Source: Botryllus schlosseri
Taxonomy: Eukaryota
Direction: 5' to 3'
Length of the DNA: 64,000 nt
Assembly (NCBI GenBank): GCA_051294905.1
Contig: CM119382.1
Location: forward strand, 16,678,001-16,742,000
Part shown: positions 37,801 through 45,901 of the stretch, piece by piece
How the letters are laid out: each line of letters opens with the position of its first letter
How positions within the stretch are numbered: position 1 is the first letter of the stretch
Program-made: the position numbers and the translations under genes
Notes under the pieces: model-generated
What the model was told of the DNA's origin: nothing
Databases searched by the model: none
Seen by the model: only the letters and a program-made list of their open reading frames with translations

Positions 37801-38543
37801 TGAAAATCACTACTTCTACTTGGAATCGAGTTGAATTTTTTGAGCTTGGGTATTAAAAGTGATTACTTTGACCACCTCTGAGCGGTGCTACTAAAAATAT
37901 GCCGTGTTGTCAGTGAATTAATTTAGCGCCATTGTTTCCATCCAGCAAATTTTTGATCTGTTCATTGGGACCATATCTATACTGATTATATCGAACGGAT
38001 GTGTGACTTTTTGTTATTGTTGAAATATTTCGCCCTCTCTCCCTGAAATATTTTTCTTATCGTACTACCAACACCACCAGCCAAAATAATGACCATACCT
38101 ACCCTCACTCTTACAAACGGTAGTTTTCTGTCTCGTCTGGAAGTAATTTAGACGCGTCTTCGAAATGAACAGTTGCATTTGTATTTGAACGGAACTTCAT
38201 GTCATTACATCAACCGCCGGTTTTGTAGGCATTCTTTGGCCACCTCTGAATATCCCACCTTCCGAATTTTCAACAGGCCGACGGAGATAAAGCAGCGAAC
38301 AAGGAAACCATCGAGGGTAATACCGGTAACGGTAACGAGTCTCAAAACGTAAGCAACCAAGTCCACGTTGTCGAAAAACCTCAAGATGAGAACCTCCCTG
38401 CTGCGGAAAATGTTCAAAAGTCGGACGAGGCAATCTCGGAATCGAAGAATGAAGTATCGGGCGATAAGGACAAGGAACGCGCAGCGGTCAAGATTCAGTC
38501 CAATTACAGAGGGTACAAAGCTAGAAAGCAGCTGAAGCAATAG
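22701..38543 (+). CDS. SPA17-like: Sp17/SPA17-like RIIa (dimerization/docking) domain protein with seven IQ calmodulin-binding motifs; 20-exon model, about 666 aa
   Basis: N-terminus MDTRYGPVKLKVPAGFPVLLQRFAREVIREQPEDIAEFGATFFQTLV fits the Sp17/CABYR/ropporin RIIa pattern. Twenty GT-AG exons join in frame (phases 1,2, then all 0) to 2001 nt ending TAG at 38541-38543. IQ motifs lie in exons 2,3,8,11,13,17,20. Confidence 0.85.
23513..23941. mobile_element. hAT-type MITE (CCGGA-rich), 429 bp
   Basis: Imperfect TIR TAGGGCGGGGCA / TAGTGCGGAGCA; perfect TSD CTCCATAT. Confidence 0.85.
24761..25202. mobile_element. hAT-type MITE, 442 bp
   Basis: 12-bp TIR TAGGGCTGGGCA; perfect TSD GTCATGAT; ends 43 nt before SPA17-like exon 2. 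Confidence 0.9.
25246..25432 (+). CDS. SPA17-like: SPA17-like exon 2 (IQ1: AATKIQAGYRGYRTRK)
   Basis: Acceptor ccttccag; donor GTGAGT; phase 1 to phase 2. Confidence 0.88.
26723..26870 (+). CDS. SPA17-like: SPA17-like exon 3 (IQ2: AATKIQAQYRGYRTRK)
   Basis: Acceptor tttcttcag; donor GTAAAA; phase 2 to phase 0. Confidence 0.88.
27802..27855 (+). CDS. SPA17-like: SPA17-like exon 4 (54-nt repeat exon VAVDDSAPKSTSDDAKED)
   Basis: ttaacag|...|GTAAGT; first of four units with a 155-bp period. Confidence 0.8.
27957..28010 (+). CDS. SPA17-like: SPA17-like exon 5 (54-nt repeat exon VAVDDSAPKSTSDVATED)
   Basis: ttaacag|...|GTGAGT. Confidence 0.8.
28112..28165 (+). CDS. SPA17-like: SPA17-like exon 6 (54-nt repeat exon VAVIEPAPKLTLDDATED)
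   Basis: ttaacag|...|GTGAGT. Confidence 0.8.
28267..28320 (+). CDS. SPA17-like: SPA17-like exon 7 (54-nt repeat exon VAVKKTAPKSMSDDSAED)
   Basis: ttgacag|...|GTGAGT. Confidence 0.8.
29548..29652 (+). CDS. SPA17-like: SPA17-like exon 8 (IQ3: AAIKIQAKYRGYRSRK)
   Basis: Acceptor ttcttcaag; donor GTAAGT. Confidence 0.85.
30213..30281 (+). CDS. SPA17-like: SPA17-like exon 9 (acidic linker IQSQGTSDEETGKESQAEIIADH)
   Basis: ttttgattcag|...|GTGAGT; 69 nt, phase 0-0. Confidence 0.75.
31379..31453 (+). CDS. SPA17-like: SPA17-like exon 10 (acidic linker DDTKQEEVVEDKNLEASQEFEQKDE)
   Basis: ttttctgtttag|...|GTTAAT; 75 nt. Confidence 0.75.
32016..32126 (+). CDS. SPA17-like: SPA17-like exon 11 (IQ4: AALKIQATFRGHQARK)
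   Basis: ctgttgacag|...|GTAAGT; 111 nt. Confidence 0.88.
32707..32787 (+). CDS. SPA17-like: SPA17-like exon 12 (HLDVSQDKVDDVSDAKPVEPSTEDKEK)
   Basis: tttgacag|...|GTGAGT. An in-frame alternative acceptor at 32724 is possible; 32707 is preferred because paralogous exon 15 also has 6 codons before DKVDDVS. Confidence 0.72.
33023..33310 (+). mobile_element. tRNA-derived SINE with a conserved central-domain-like segment
   Basis: A-box TAGCGTAATGG and B-box GGTTCGATCTC, then CTTCCCTGCTTGGCGCTCATGCA, which I recall from Meta/V-type SINE cores; absent from the paralogous duplicated block at about 36270-36290. Confidence 0.6.
33454..33570 (+). CDS. SPA17-like: SPA17-like exon 13 (IQ5: AALKIQSTYRGHMVRK)
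   Basis: tttttatag|...|GTGAGC; 117 nt. Confidence 0.88.
33778..33852 (+). CDS. SPA17-like: SPA17-like exon 14 (NEKTEKKEEKTEQPAVDSSDDNLTS)
   Basis: ggtaacag|...|GTAGGT; 75 nt. Confidence 0.8.
34065..34077. promoter_or_regulatory. Near-palindromic RFX X-box motif in SPA17-like intron 14
   Basis: GTTGCATGGCAAC versus the established consensus GTTGCCATGGCAAC. Confidence 0.5.
34548..34619 (+). CDS. SPA17-like: SPA17-like exon 15 (APVESMDKVDDVSVAQTVIQDGEK)
   Basis: tattctaaag|...|GTGATC; 72 nt; paralogous to exon 12. Confidence 0.72.
34895..35465. mobile_element. hAT-type MITE (GACTC-rich ends), 571 bp
   Basis: 11-bp TIR CAGGGTTGTAA; perfect TSD TCAGAAAC. Confidence 0.9.
35531..35605 (+). CDS. 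SPA17-like: SPA17-like exon 16 (EEKIEEKEKESEQPNMDSSDDKPTS)
   Basis: ttcgtgacag|...|GTACAT; 75 nt; paralogous to exons 14 and 18. Confidence 0.78.
36433..36549 (+). CDS. SPA17-like: SPA17-like exon 17 (IQ6, protein-identical to exon 13)
   Basis: ttttcgtag|...|GTGAGC; 117 nt. Confidence 0.88.
36757..36831 (+). CDS. SPA17-like: SPA17-like exon 18 (EEKSDKKEEKPEQPALDSSDNNLTS)
   Basis: ggtaacag|...|GTATGT; 75 nt. Confidence 0.8.
37234..37290 (+). CDS. SPA17-like: SPA17-like exon 19 (EATQGQVEDVETLTGHKDE)
   Basis: gaattctacag|...|GTGAAT; 57 nt. Confidence 0.75.
37355..37880. mobile_element. MITE-like element (CAGAGGTGGTCA TIR)
   Basis: TIR CAGAGGTGGTCA/TGACCACCTCTG; TSD not clean; related left end at 50399; carries an internal segment homologous to 51100-51300 and 17770-18070. 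Confidence 0.65.
38277..38543 (+). CDS. SPA17-like: SPA17-like exon 20, terminal (IQ7: AAVKIQSNYRGYKARK, stop)
   Basis: ttttcaacag acceptor; 89 codons including TAG; not in the ORF track because it has no start codon. Confidence 0.88.
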   Translation, partial: ADGDKAANKETIEGNTGNGNESQNVSNQVHVVEKPQDENLPAAENVQKSDEAISESKNEVSGDKDKERAAVKIQSNYRGYKARKQLKQ

Positions 38544-40877
38544 TTTGAAGTGGAGCGGTGTCTGAATATTTAGTTTCTTTTTATTTTAGCTCTTAGCGGT
38601 GTCTGGGATCCTATTTTTCCTTTCTTTTGTAGCATTCGTACTATGCCGGTGATCATGTTTCTTTTGCAGTATTTTCACGTTCAGTATTTCACGTTATAAT
38701 TTAGTCGATCAGCCACTGTTAGATTGCGGTATCGTATCGCACGATTACGTTTTGAAATACAGCCGTCCATTCTTTACTCATTACTGCGTTGTGCTGGTGT
38801 GAAGTTGGCTCAGAAGTGGGCTGCCTTAGTATGCCTGAGTCATAGCGTACGACTGCTAATGCGCTGAGCGAATAGTTCAAAGTAGACCATAAAACGTGTC
38901 GGCATATAAACTTCGTCGTTTAGTTTTGGGCGAAGTCCGGGAGGCATTTTTCATGTTGGTGGCCATCGTGAAATTTTTGCGCATTAGGACAGCTTCTTTA
39001 GTCGTATTGGAGCTGGTGTCCTACGTTCGAGGTTCATTTTGGTAGACCGAACGTTTCCAGAGTCCGAAATACGGCGGAAACGCAAAGCCGCCTGTTAACT
39101 GTGGCCGTGGCGAACGGGATTTCTGAGTTTACCAATCCTTGTACTGACATTATAGCGTTCGTAGCGAAGCAATCGTCTATGTAGGCAACAAAAGAACAAA
39201 GATGTGTTGCAAGGGAAGGATATTTATAACTGATTTCAGAAGTCTGTCTGTCTATATACGCAAGACTGAGCAGCGGTAACAAATGACGGATATTTACTTT
39301 TTATTTGAACCCATGACGTATAGCATTACGTAATACTCCACCTGCTGATCTGAGCTTTGTTTGGAGATAGGCCGACGCCATACTCAAACAGCTGTGGTTA
39401 CGCACAGGAGGACTTCCGGGAACACTGAACAATCCTGCATTGTGGCAATTGCGGGAGGCAGAGAGAGCTCCTGCGTTTCCGTGATTGATCACGGCGTCAT
39501 AACATCCACGGTCGGACGATCTATGACTGCGTGGCTAGTCACATCGTAATGAAATGTTACAACACCTCCATTCTACATCAGCACTCGTAATTTGAAACAA
39601 AATTCCAGATAACCCTGACTTGGAACCATATGTTCTCCATTAGCTCGTCGTACATTGCGCTTTCAGTTGAAAGAGTATCCCGTTGCCAAAACATAACGAT
39701 CGGTACAATGTTGATTTGGGATCGCTGAATAGCGGTAATCATTTTTCGACTCAGGCGCCTAGTCTCTCCGTATAATGAATGGGAGATGCTATTATCGCAG
39801 AGGTGACTGGATACTCTCAGTGTCGACATTCTTGCAGGAGTACGAATTCTGTGCATGTTAGCATTAGCAAACATCTGACATGCGTAATCCATATTGCATC
39901 ATATGCCGCGTGAATCACTCGTTGCCATGTAGCTGCAAGCGTTGGCGGAAAAAGTGTTCGGCATCTATAGTAACTACCGAACTGAATATATATAAGTTTT
40001 GTGGTAGCGGAAGTTGTTGACTGTATTTTTATTTCGCCGATATGGCTTTGTCCTAGCAGATTACAAGATCTTTTGGGATTATATTCAGCGATTCCGTCCC
40101 AGATCATGGGCCAATAGACTGCTATCTTCGTCAAGGGTAGGGAACCGCAGACGCAGACTATATGCAAGGCTGAGAACCAATGGTATACAGCAGATATTGC
40201 GGTTAAACTGTTAGTACTGGTGAGCCATGTGTCGTTGAAAGTATTGAATACAGCGCATTTTTCTCCTAGTATGCTTTCGTGCCGTTAACATGCAATCTAT
40301 TGGCAGCGATGTATTTTTACGCCTGGGTCGATCTATCGAAATCAGGTAGACGTCGCGTCACCAACCTCGTGGCCTACATATTATGTAACGTAACCATCAC
40401 AACTTGCACAGTATGCATGCAAGCAATTATATATTCGATGTATATTATACAGAAGCCATCACTAAGACGATGTACTGTAAAACAACTGGTCAGATCGATT
40501 TGAACTTCAATTGCGTTGAAATCGTTTACGATTTGCTATTTGTCACAACTTCAAACATAGCATAGATTTCCACAATTCGCTGGTTTCCGTGGAATAAGTT
40601 GTTTACGGTAAACAAAACTACGGTATTGATCAAAATTAAATTTCCAGCGCTTCACAGGTCTTGTAGCTTGTCGCTTGCCAACAGACTGTATGTTAATCAG
40701 AGTTGATTCTGATCGATTAAATATCACTTGATCTATTGCCGCAACTGCAAGGATACGGTATCATTACCAACAACTAAACATATACAGAGTTTCAGATTTT
40801 GAAATCAACGAGGTTGATCGTGTCCTTTCCAATGCTGTTGTTTTGTTCCCATTTGCAGGGTATGGTCTTGCATAGAG

Positions 40878-41381
40878 ATGTGTTTAGCCGCGACGCAAAT
40901 ATCAACAAATTACGTCCGAAATGTTCCACTCGCAACCCTGCGTCCGACAGACATCAGATTCAGCAAGAACACGATAAAAGACATCTTCACGAAGTCATTC
41001 CAAGACGAAGAAACCCATTCCCATCGAAAGATACACGACGTAATCGATGATATCAGGAGCGGCATTATAAATCCCCACACGCTGCCACCCTTGAAAACGT
41101 TCGTGCAACGGGACCAGTGGAGGACTAAGAATAATCGACGATTGTATATGCTGCGGGTTCTCGAAGTTGAGGGCTACATCGATTACGTTCAAGTACAGGT
41201 CATACGGCGGTACCAGCGACTCGATTTGCGAGATGACGGCAGGACGATTCGATTCGAGGGAGGCAAGCATCGCCCCCTACGACATCGACATAAGTTCTGG
41301 TGTTTTCCTCGTCCGGAGCATCTCGGATATGTGATGTTAATAGTTTTAATATCAGCGCTCATGTACGCATCGATGGTATAA
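40878..41381 (+). CDS. Uncharacterized 167-aa protein with a putative ParB/sulfiredoxin-like domain and C-terminal hydrophobic tail
   Basis: Uninterrupted ATG-TAA ORF, GC-richer than its flanks, preceded by a strong acceptor ttttgttcccatttgcag (40858). Motifs LRPTDIRFSKNTI, G-x(7)-P, W-x-T-x-NNRRLYMLRVLE resemble the IRFSQ...DNRRL ParB-like family I recall from invertebrates and bacterial toxin C-termini. Ends in the 19-aa hydrophobic stretch LGYVMLIVLISALMYASMV. Confidence 0.72.
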   Translation: MCLAATQISTNYVRNVPLATLRPTDIRFSKNTIKDIFTKSFQDEETHSHRKIHDVIDDIRSGIINPHTLPPLKTFVQRDQWRTKNNRRLYMLRVLEVEGYIDYVQVQVIRRYQRLDLRDDGRTIRFEGGKHRPLRHRHKFWCFPRPEHLGYVMLIVLISALMYASMV

Positions 41382-41389
41382 CTATAGAA

Positions 41390-42812
41390 CAGCGGTTCTC
41401 AACCGGGGGTCCGCGGACCCCTAGGGGTCCGCGAAGCAATTTCAGGGGGTCCGCGAGACCTCTAAATTTTCAAAAAGGTTGATAACCTAATTTTTATTAT
41501 ATTTTTTAATTTGAGAAAGCAAGAGGCAGTTTCGCACTACAGCTGATAAAACCTCATGACTCATATCATCATAATAATCGTCTGGCATGGACTATCGTAG
41601 TGTGGAAATTCATTTTCATTGCCAGTTTTCCAATAACCTGCTGATACAAACATATTGCTGTTTATAGACGTTTTATTGGGGTTTGTGGAAAAAGTTAAGA
41701 TATGGGAATAGTAACATCAATCAGGGTGACTTCGTAATGTCTGCGAAACCTTCTCGATTTGAAGTTGACAGTCTCATCAAATTAGTGAACGAACAGTCGT
41801 TTGAAATAAAAATTTCCGAAGTATTTCCATAATTTGTCCCAATGCAGGGAACAGCTTCTTGGGGGTACAGAACTTTATTATACAATTGAATAGTTTATTC
41901 ATATTGAAATGAACCCGAATATTTTCGGCTGACACTCGTCATAAATCGGACAATGATATACCTGCTCTTAAAGCTCGGCTATCAGATTTTGCGCATTCTT
42001 ATTGCGGATCCCCTATCGACAAGGCTGATTTTTTGATGAACAAGGAGTGTTTCGTTGCTATCAAGGCATTACGCTCCGACCCTGAAATTCATATCACCAG
42101 TTATATTGATATGCAGCCTTGTCTTGTTAATGTTCCATTGTTCATGGTCGAAAATGTCTGCTCGTAAATATATAGGCTATGTAAACCAGAACAGAACAAG
42201 TCGTTTCATGACAGTCTTTCTCAAGTTGGAAAACTTGGATGCGTTCTTTGGAGCATAAAATTTGTCTATTCTTTTAGATTAGGATTTCACTTTGACGGTG
42301 GAAACCTCTGCGGGCCGATCAAAATGCCGTCGTGGGCCGAATCCGGCCAGCGGTCCGTATGTTGCCCGTCCCTGCGCTAGATGCTGGATGTGATATGTTC
42401 ATAAAATATGTGTTTCTTCATTTTGGTGCAATAAATGTTGCGATCACACCAAAAGTATGGTCGAAAGCGTTATGAGTTAATATTGCATTAGCCTCCACCT
42501 ATCTTTGCTGAAATGGTTTTCTGCACTCCTCGTTCGGATTTTCAAGACACGACCCCGCACTTCAATAAATACAGTAGGAAAATTAGCTTTGAAATAATAA
42601 AAGTCCACCAATTTCTACATAAATAGTATGATGTTATCTTCAATAAAAATCATTATTTTGCTGTTTATCACAAGCCTACAGCTCATATTTGCACAAGACA
42701 GATGAAGGTTGCACCATATTAGAGCTAAAATTGAAATAAAACTTGAGGGGGTCCGCGAGGGTTCGTGAAGGTCAGAAGGGGTCCGCGAAGCCAAAAAGGT
42801 TGAGAACCACTG
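41390..42812. mobile_element. Composite hAT element, copy 2, 1423 bp
   Basis: Same TIRs as 14817; perfect TSD CTATAGAA; begins 8 nt after the stop codon at 41381. Confidence 0.92.
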
Positions 42813-42969
42813 CTATAGAATAATGATGAAGAATCATAGCTGACAGACTATTTGCATTATCTTTACTGCGGATGTTTTAATGTACTTACCACCGTTGGCG
42901 TTAGCAGAATTGTTTTGTCACATCTTTACTGCATGGTTTTCCGTCTCCAGCGGTTATTATACGTTGTAT

Positions 42970-43541
42970 CAGAGGCGGTCACAACAGTATGTGTCGGTAC
43001 TCGACTCGAAGTAGAAGTAACGCCGTAAATTTCTAGTAAATTACAAGGAGAAATAACGATTTCTGTGACATGTCAAAACTGCTTCCAGTGGAAGTATGAA
43101 ACGAAGCACTTAAAAGCACTCACGTAAGTAGTTTCAAAAATACATTGTTCGAGGGTTCGTATATTTTTAACAGTTTATCGGAGGTGGGTCTTTTCGAAAT
43201 TGCAGGAAGCATCTTCGCGATTGACGCAAAGTGACTAATGACTACTACAAAAAGCTGATCTTTACCAAAAATATGTTCAGTTTCCTGATACAAGGGTTAT
43301 TTCGTCCAGTTTTCGTGAACACTGCACCAAAAAAGTGATGCAAACCTATCCAAAATCCACCATATTCGTTACAAAATCGAAATTGTAAAAATGAAGTAGT
43401 TTTTCCTAATAAACTGTTAGGTAGAAGTTGAAGTAGTCAAAAAACTTAACCAGTTGCGCCCTGATACGTAGCGCAAGTCAGCGACCCCTATCATTGATTA
43501 CTCCGAAAAGGTACAGCGTACTTCGTCACTGACCGCCTCTG
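42970..43541. mobile_element. hAT-type MITE, 572 bp
   Basis: 12-bp perfect TIR CAGAGGCGGTCA; perfect TSD CGTTGTAT. Confidence 0.9.
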
Positions 43542-43756
43542 CGTTGTATAGTGTAGTAGGCCTACACAATGACTGCGATTTTATTTTGACATAATTTACT
43601 AACTTTAGAACTCAGCAAGCCACCATCACGGGATGAAAATTTGAGGGGCTGTGCTATAGCGTGTTAGAAGGTTGTAAAGATATCGACGCATTGGTCTACG
43701 TGGCGTGTATAAGAATATGACGACCGTTTTAAATCGTCGCCGTTGATTCCATACAG

Positions 43757-44674
43757 CAGTAGTTCTGAAACCTTTTTAGACCGCGACCCACATCTGAGTT
43801 CAGTGGCATCTCGCCCACCAAGTCTCGCACATCAAAACGAATGCATTTTTGATATTAGCATTCTAAGATTTTACGGACAAGCACATGTATGACGCGCAGA
43901 CAATAATTGTACGCAACTCAGCTCTGTAAAAATGTCCGACGCACGCGATTTCAAATTTGGGTACATTCTTTTCCTCAGCGCGTCGTATTGTTACTTCATT
44001 TATACTTCGGTCTACTCAGATTGCACGGACGGGACTATTCGGTGCCGACTGTCGACCATGTCGAAGACCGAGCATATCAATATCGAAAGTTTTGGCCAAC
44101 CAGTGACTGTCATTTTAGCCAAGGTTTTATCGCCGCATATCGTTTCTGCACTGCACCTTGCCCAGCCATTCGTTATCTCAAACTTCATTTATTCACGTGT
44201 CCCGGTGCGGAAGGGGTTGGCCTTGAGATAAATGTGCCTCATAGTCCAGCACCCGCTCGTTGTCCACCCCTATACTAATGTATCCTAACGATCTCCGACG
44301 GTCTTTTCCAGAGAAACCAATGTGAGACAAATCTTATCATGAATTTAACCAGCGGTGTCTTTCAAAAGCCTAGAGGTGGGCCGTGCTATAAGTCAGCACT
44401 TACGGAAAATAAGAAGAATATCGGCCTGGTGTAAATGACCATAGTAGTCGACAAACACCACGAATACCCCAAAAACAAACAAAACCAATATGTGCAATAC
44501 AAAGCTCGGCACATTTTTGCGACCAAGTCATATTGTAGTAACGACTTCTCAGCGTGTCTCGCTGATTGGTTATAGTAGGCCTACCCAACACAGTGACCTC
44601 GGGTATGCACAAACTATCCGCAGAAAATCGCGCGAAGCAAATTTGGGTCGCGACCCATACTTTAAGAACCTCTG
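43757..44674 (+). mobile_element. Older Charlie-like non-autonomous element (about 0.9 kb)
   Basis: Ends CAGTAGTTCTGAAAC / TTTAAGAACCTCTG; diverged homolog on the minus strand at about 62190-63072 and a fragment at 55040-55135; the ORFs in the two copies are frameshifted relative to each other. Confidence 0.7.
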
Positions 44675-45733
44675 TATAGTATACAGCGATATAAGCATAA
44701 AACTATGTGTTTTTCCAAGCCAACGATCTTTATCAAACACCGCAATACAAATAAGTATAATAGTTTGTTCAAATTGTATTTCGTCTGTATTGTATTAACA
44801 TGCGTCTAGGATTGAAATTATTAATAATGTAATGATTTTACTGCTTGTTCGCGGTATCCTAGTACCGATATCATTTTTACTCGTGATTTGAAGTCAGGTT
44901 TTTCGGAACTTGGTAGAAGACCTTGTATACCTGTGTGTAGCTACCGAGCGATGAAGATGTCGGATATAAGCTTCAAACTGTTGACTATAGTGACATTCTA
45001 ATATGTTTTGTGATGCAGACTTGATCGCTTTTAAGTGCCTATGCGTATACTTATATTGAAATCACATTCTCGTCTGGGCGCCTGCACTATGTCATAACTG
45101 GTTGATGTACAGTAGACTGGAAACATATACCAGTATACGAACCTGTTGCACCCATAGGGATAGAGGTATAAGATCTGAGACAGCCTAAATTGAATCCTAA
45201 GTTTTGCAGTTTATTTCAACAAGAATATCATGACATTTACAAATATTGTTACTTCATTATATAGCACATCGACTGAGGTTAGACTTCATAGAAGTGGATA
45301 TGTAAAATAGCTCTTCAGTCTTCAGTTATCGGATGCTTTAAAGCTCATTCAGCTTCACTGGCATCATGAGTTGAGAATATTCCAGAGCTGCTCAACGCAG
45401 CTGATGATAAGTTATCACTCCATAGTATTCACGCCTCCTGGGATTCGTTACACAGTCGTGATATAAATTGTCGCCATAGGATTTCTGTCGAGAATGCCTA
45501 CCAGACGTACCATACCTCGAGTACAGTTATCGCAGCAGTGCTTGTGAATGAAGTAGGTGATAATTCCCGAATACAGTAACTGTGCACTGTATAGATAGCT
45601 TAGGCATGCTACAGATAGAATGAAAATAAGAAGAGACAGTGCTTATGCCATAATCTACCTTGCCATCTCTACAGAGCCGACCCGGAGTTATATCGCAGAA
45701 TAGAATCCAAGTACGTTTTCGTTTAATCAATCA

Positions 45734-45901
45734 ATGGAAGGTGTCGAGGTAATAGAAGTTGCGGGTAAAGGACGTGGCCTCTGCGCAACCAAGAGCTTCA
45801 GTACCGGTCAAGTGATAATCTCCGCGAGACCTTATGAACACGTTGTTTTCAACGAACACGCGGACAAAGTGTGCCATCACTGCCTAAAGCAGCCAAACGT
45901 G
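45734..45901 (+). CDS. SMYD1: SMYD1 exon 1 (S-sequence, first MYND Cys pair)
   Basis: ATG at 45734; donor GTGAGT at 45902; phase 0. Confidence 0.9.

Noticed and set aside
39640-39780. TIR-domain-like look of ITAIQRSQINIVPIV...YDELM on the minus strand
   Set aside because: Spacing to the EL motif is 5 residues off and the WC motif is absent; too weak without an HMM search.
43907-44278. ORFs at 43907/43932 and 62645 as a paralogous gene pair
   Set aside because: Both sit in copies of one non-autonomous element and diverge by frameshifts after MxDARDFK.
45398-45403. Muscle enhancer upstream of SMYD1 (CAGCTG E-box)
   Set aside because: A single hexamer is expected by chance; no convincing cluster of E-box, CRE or Tbx6 sites was seen.
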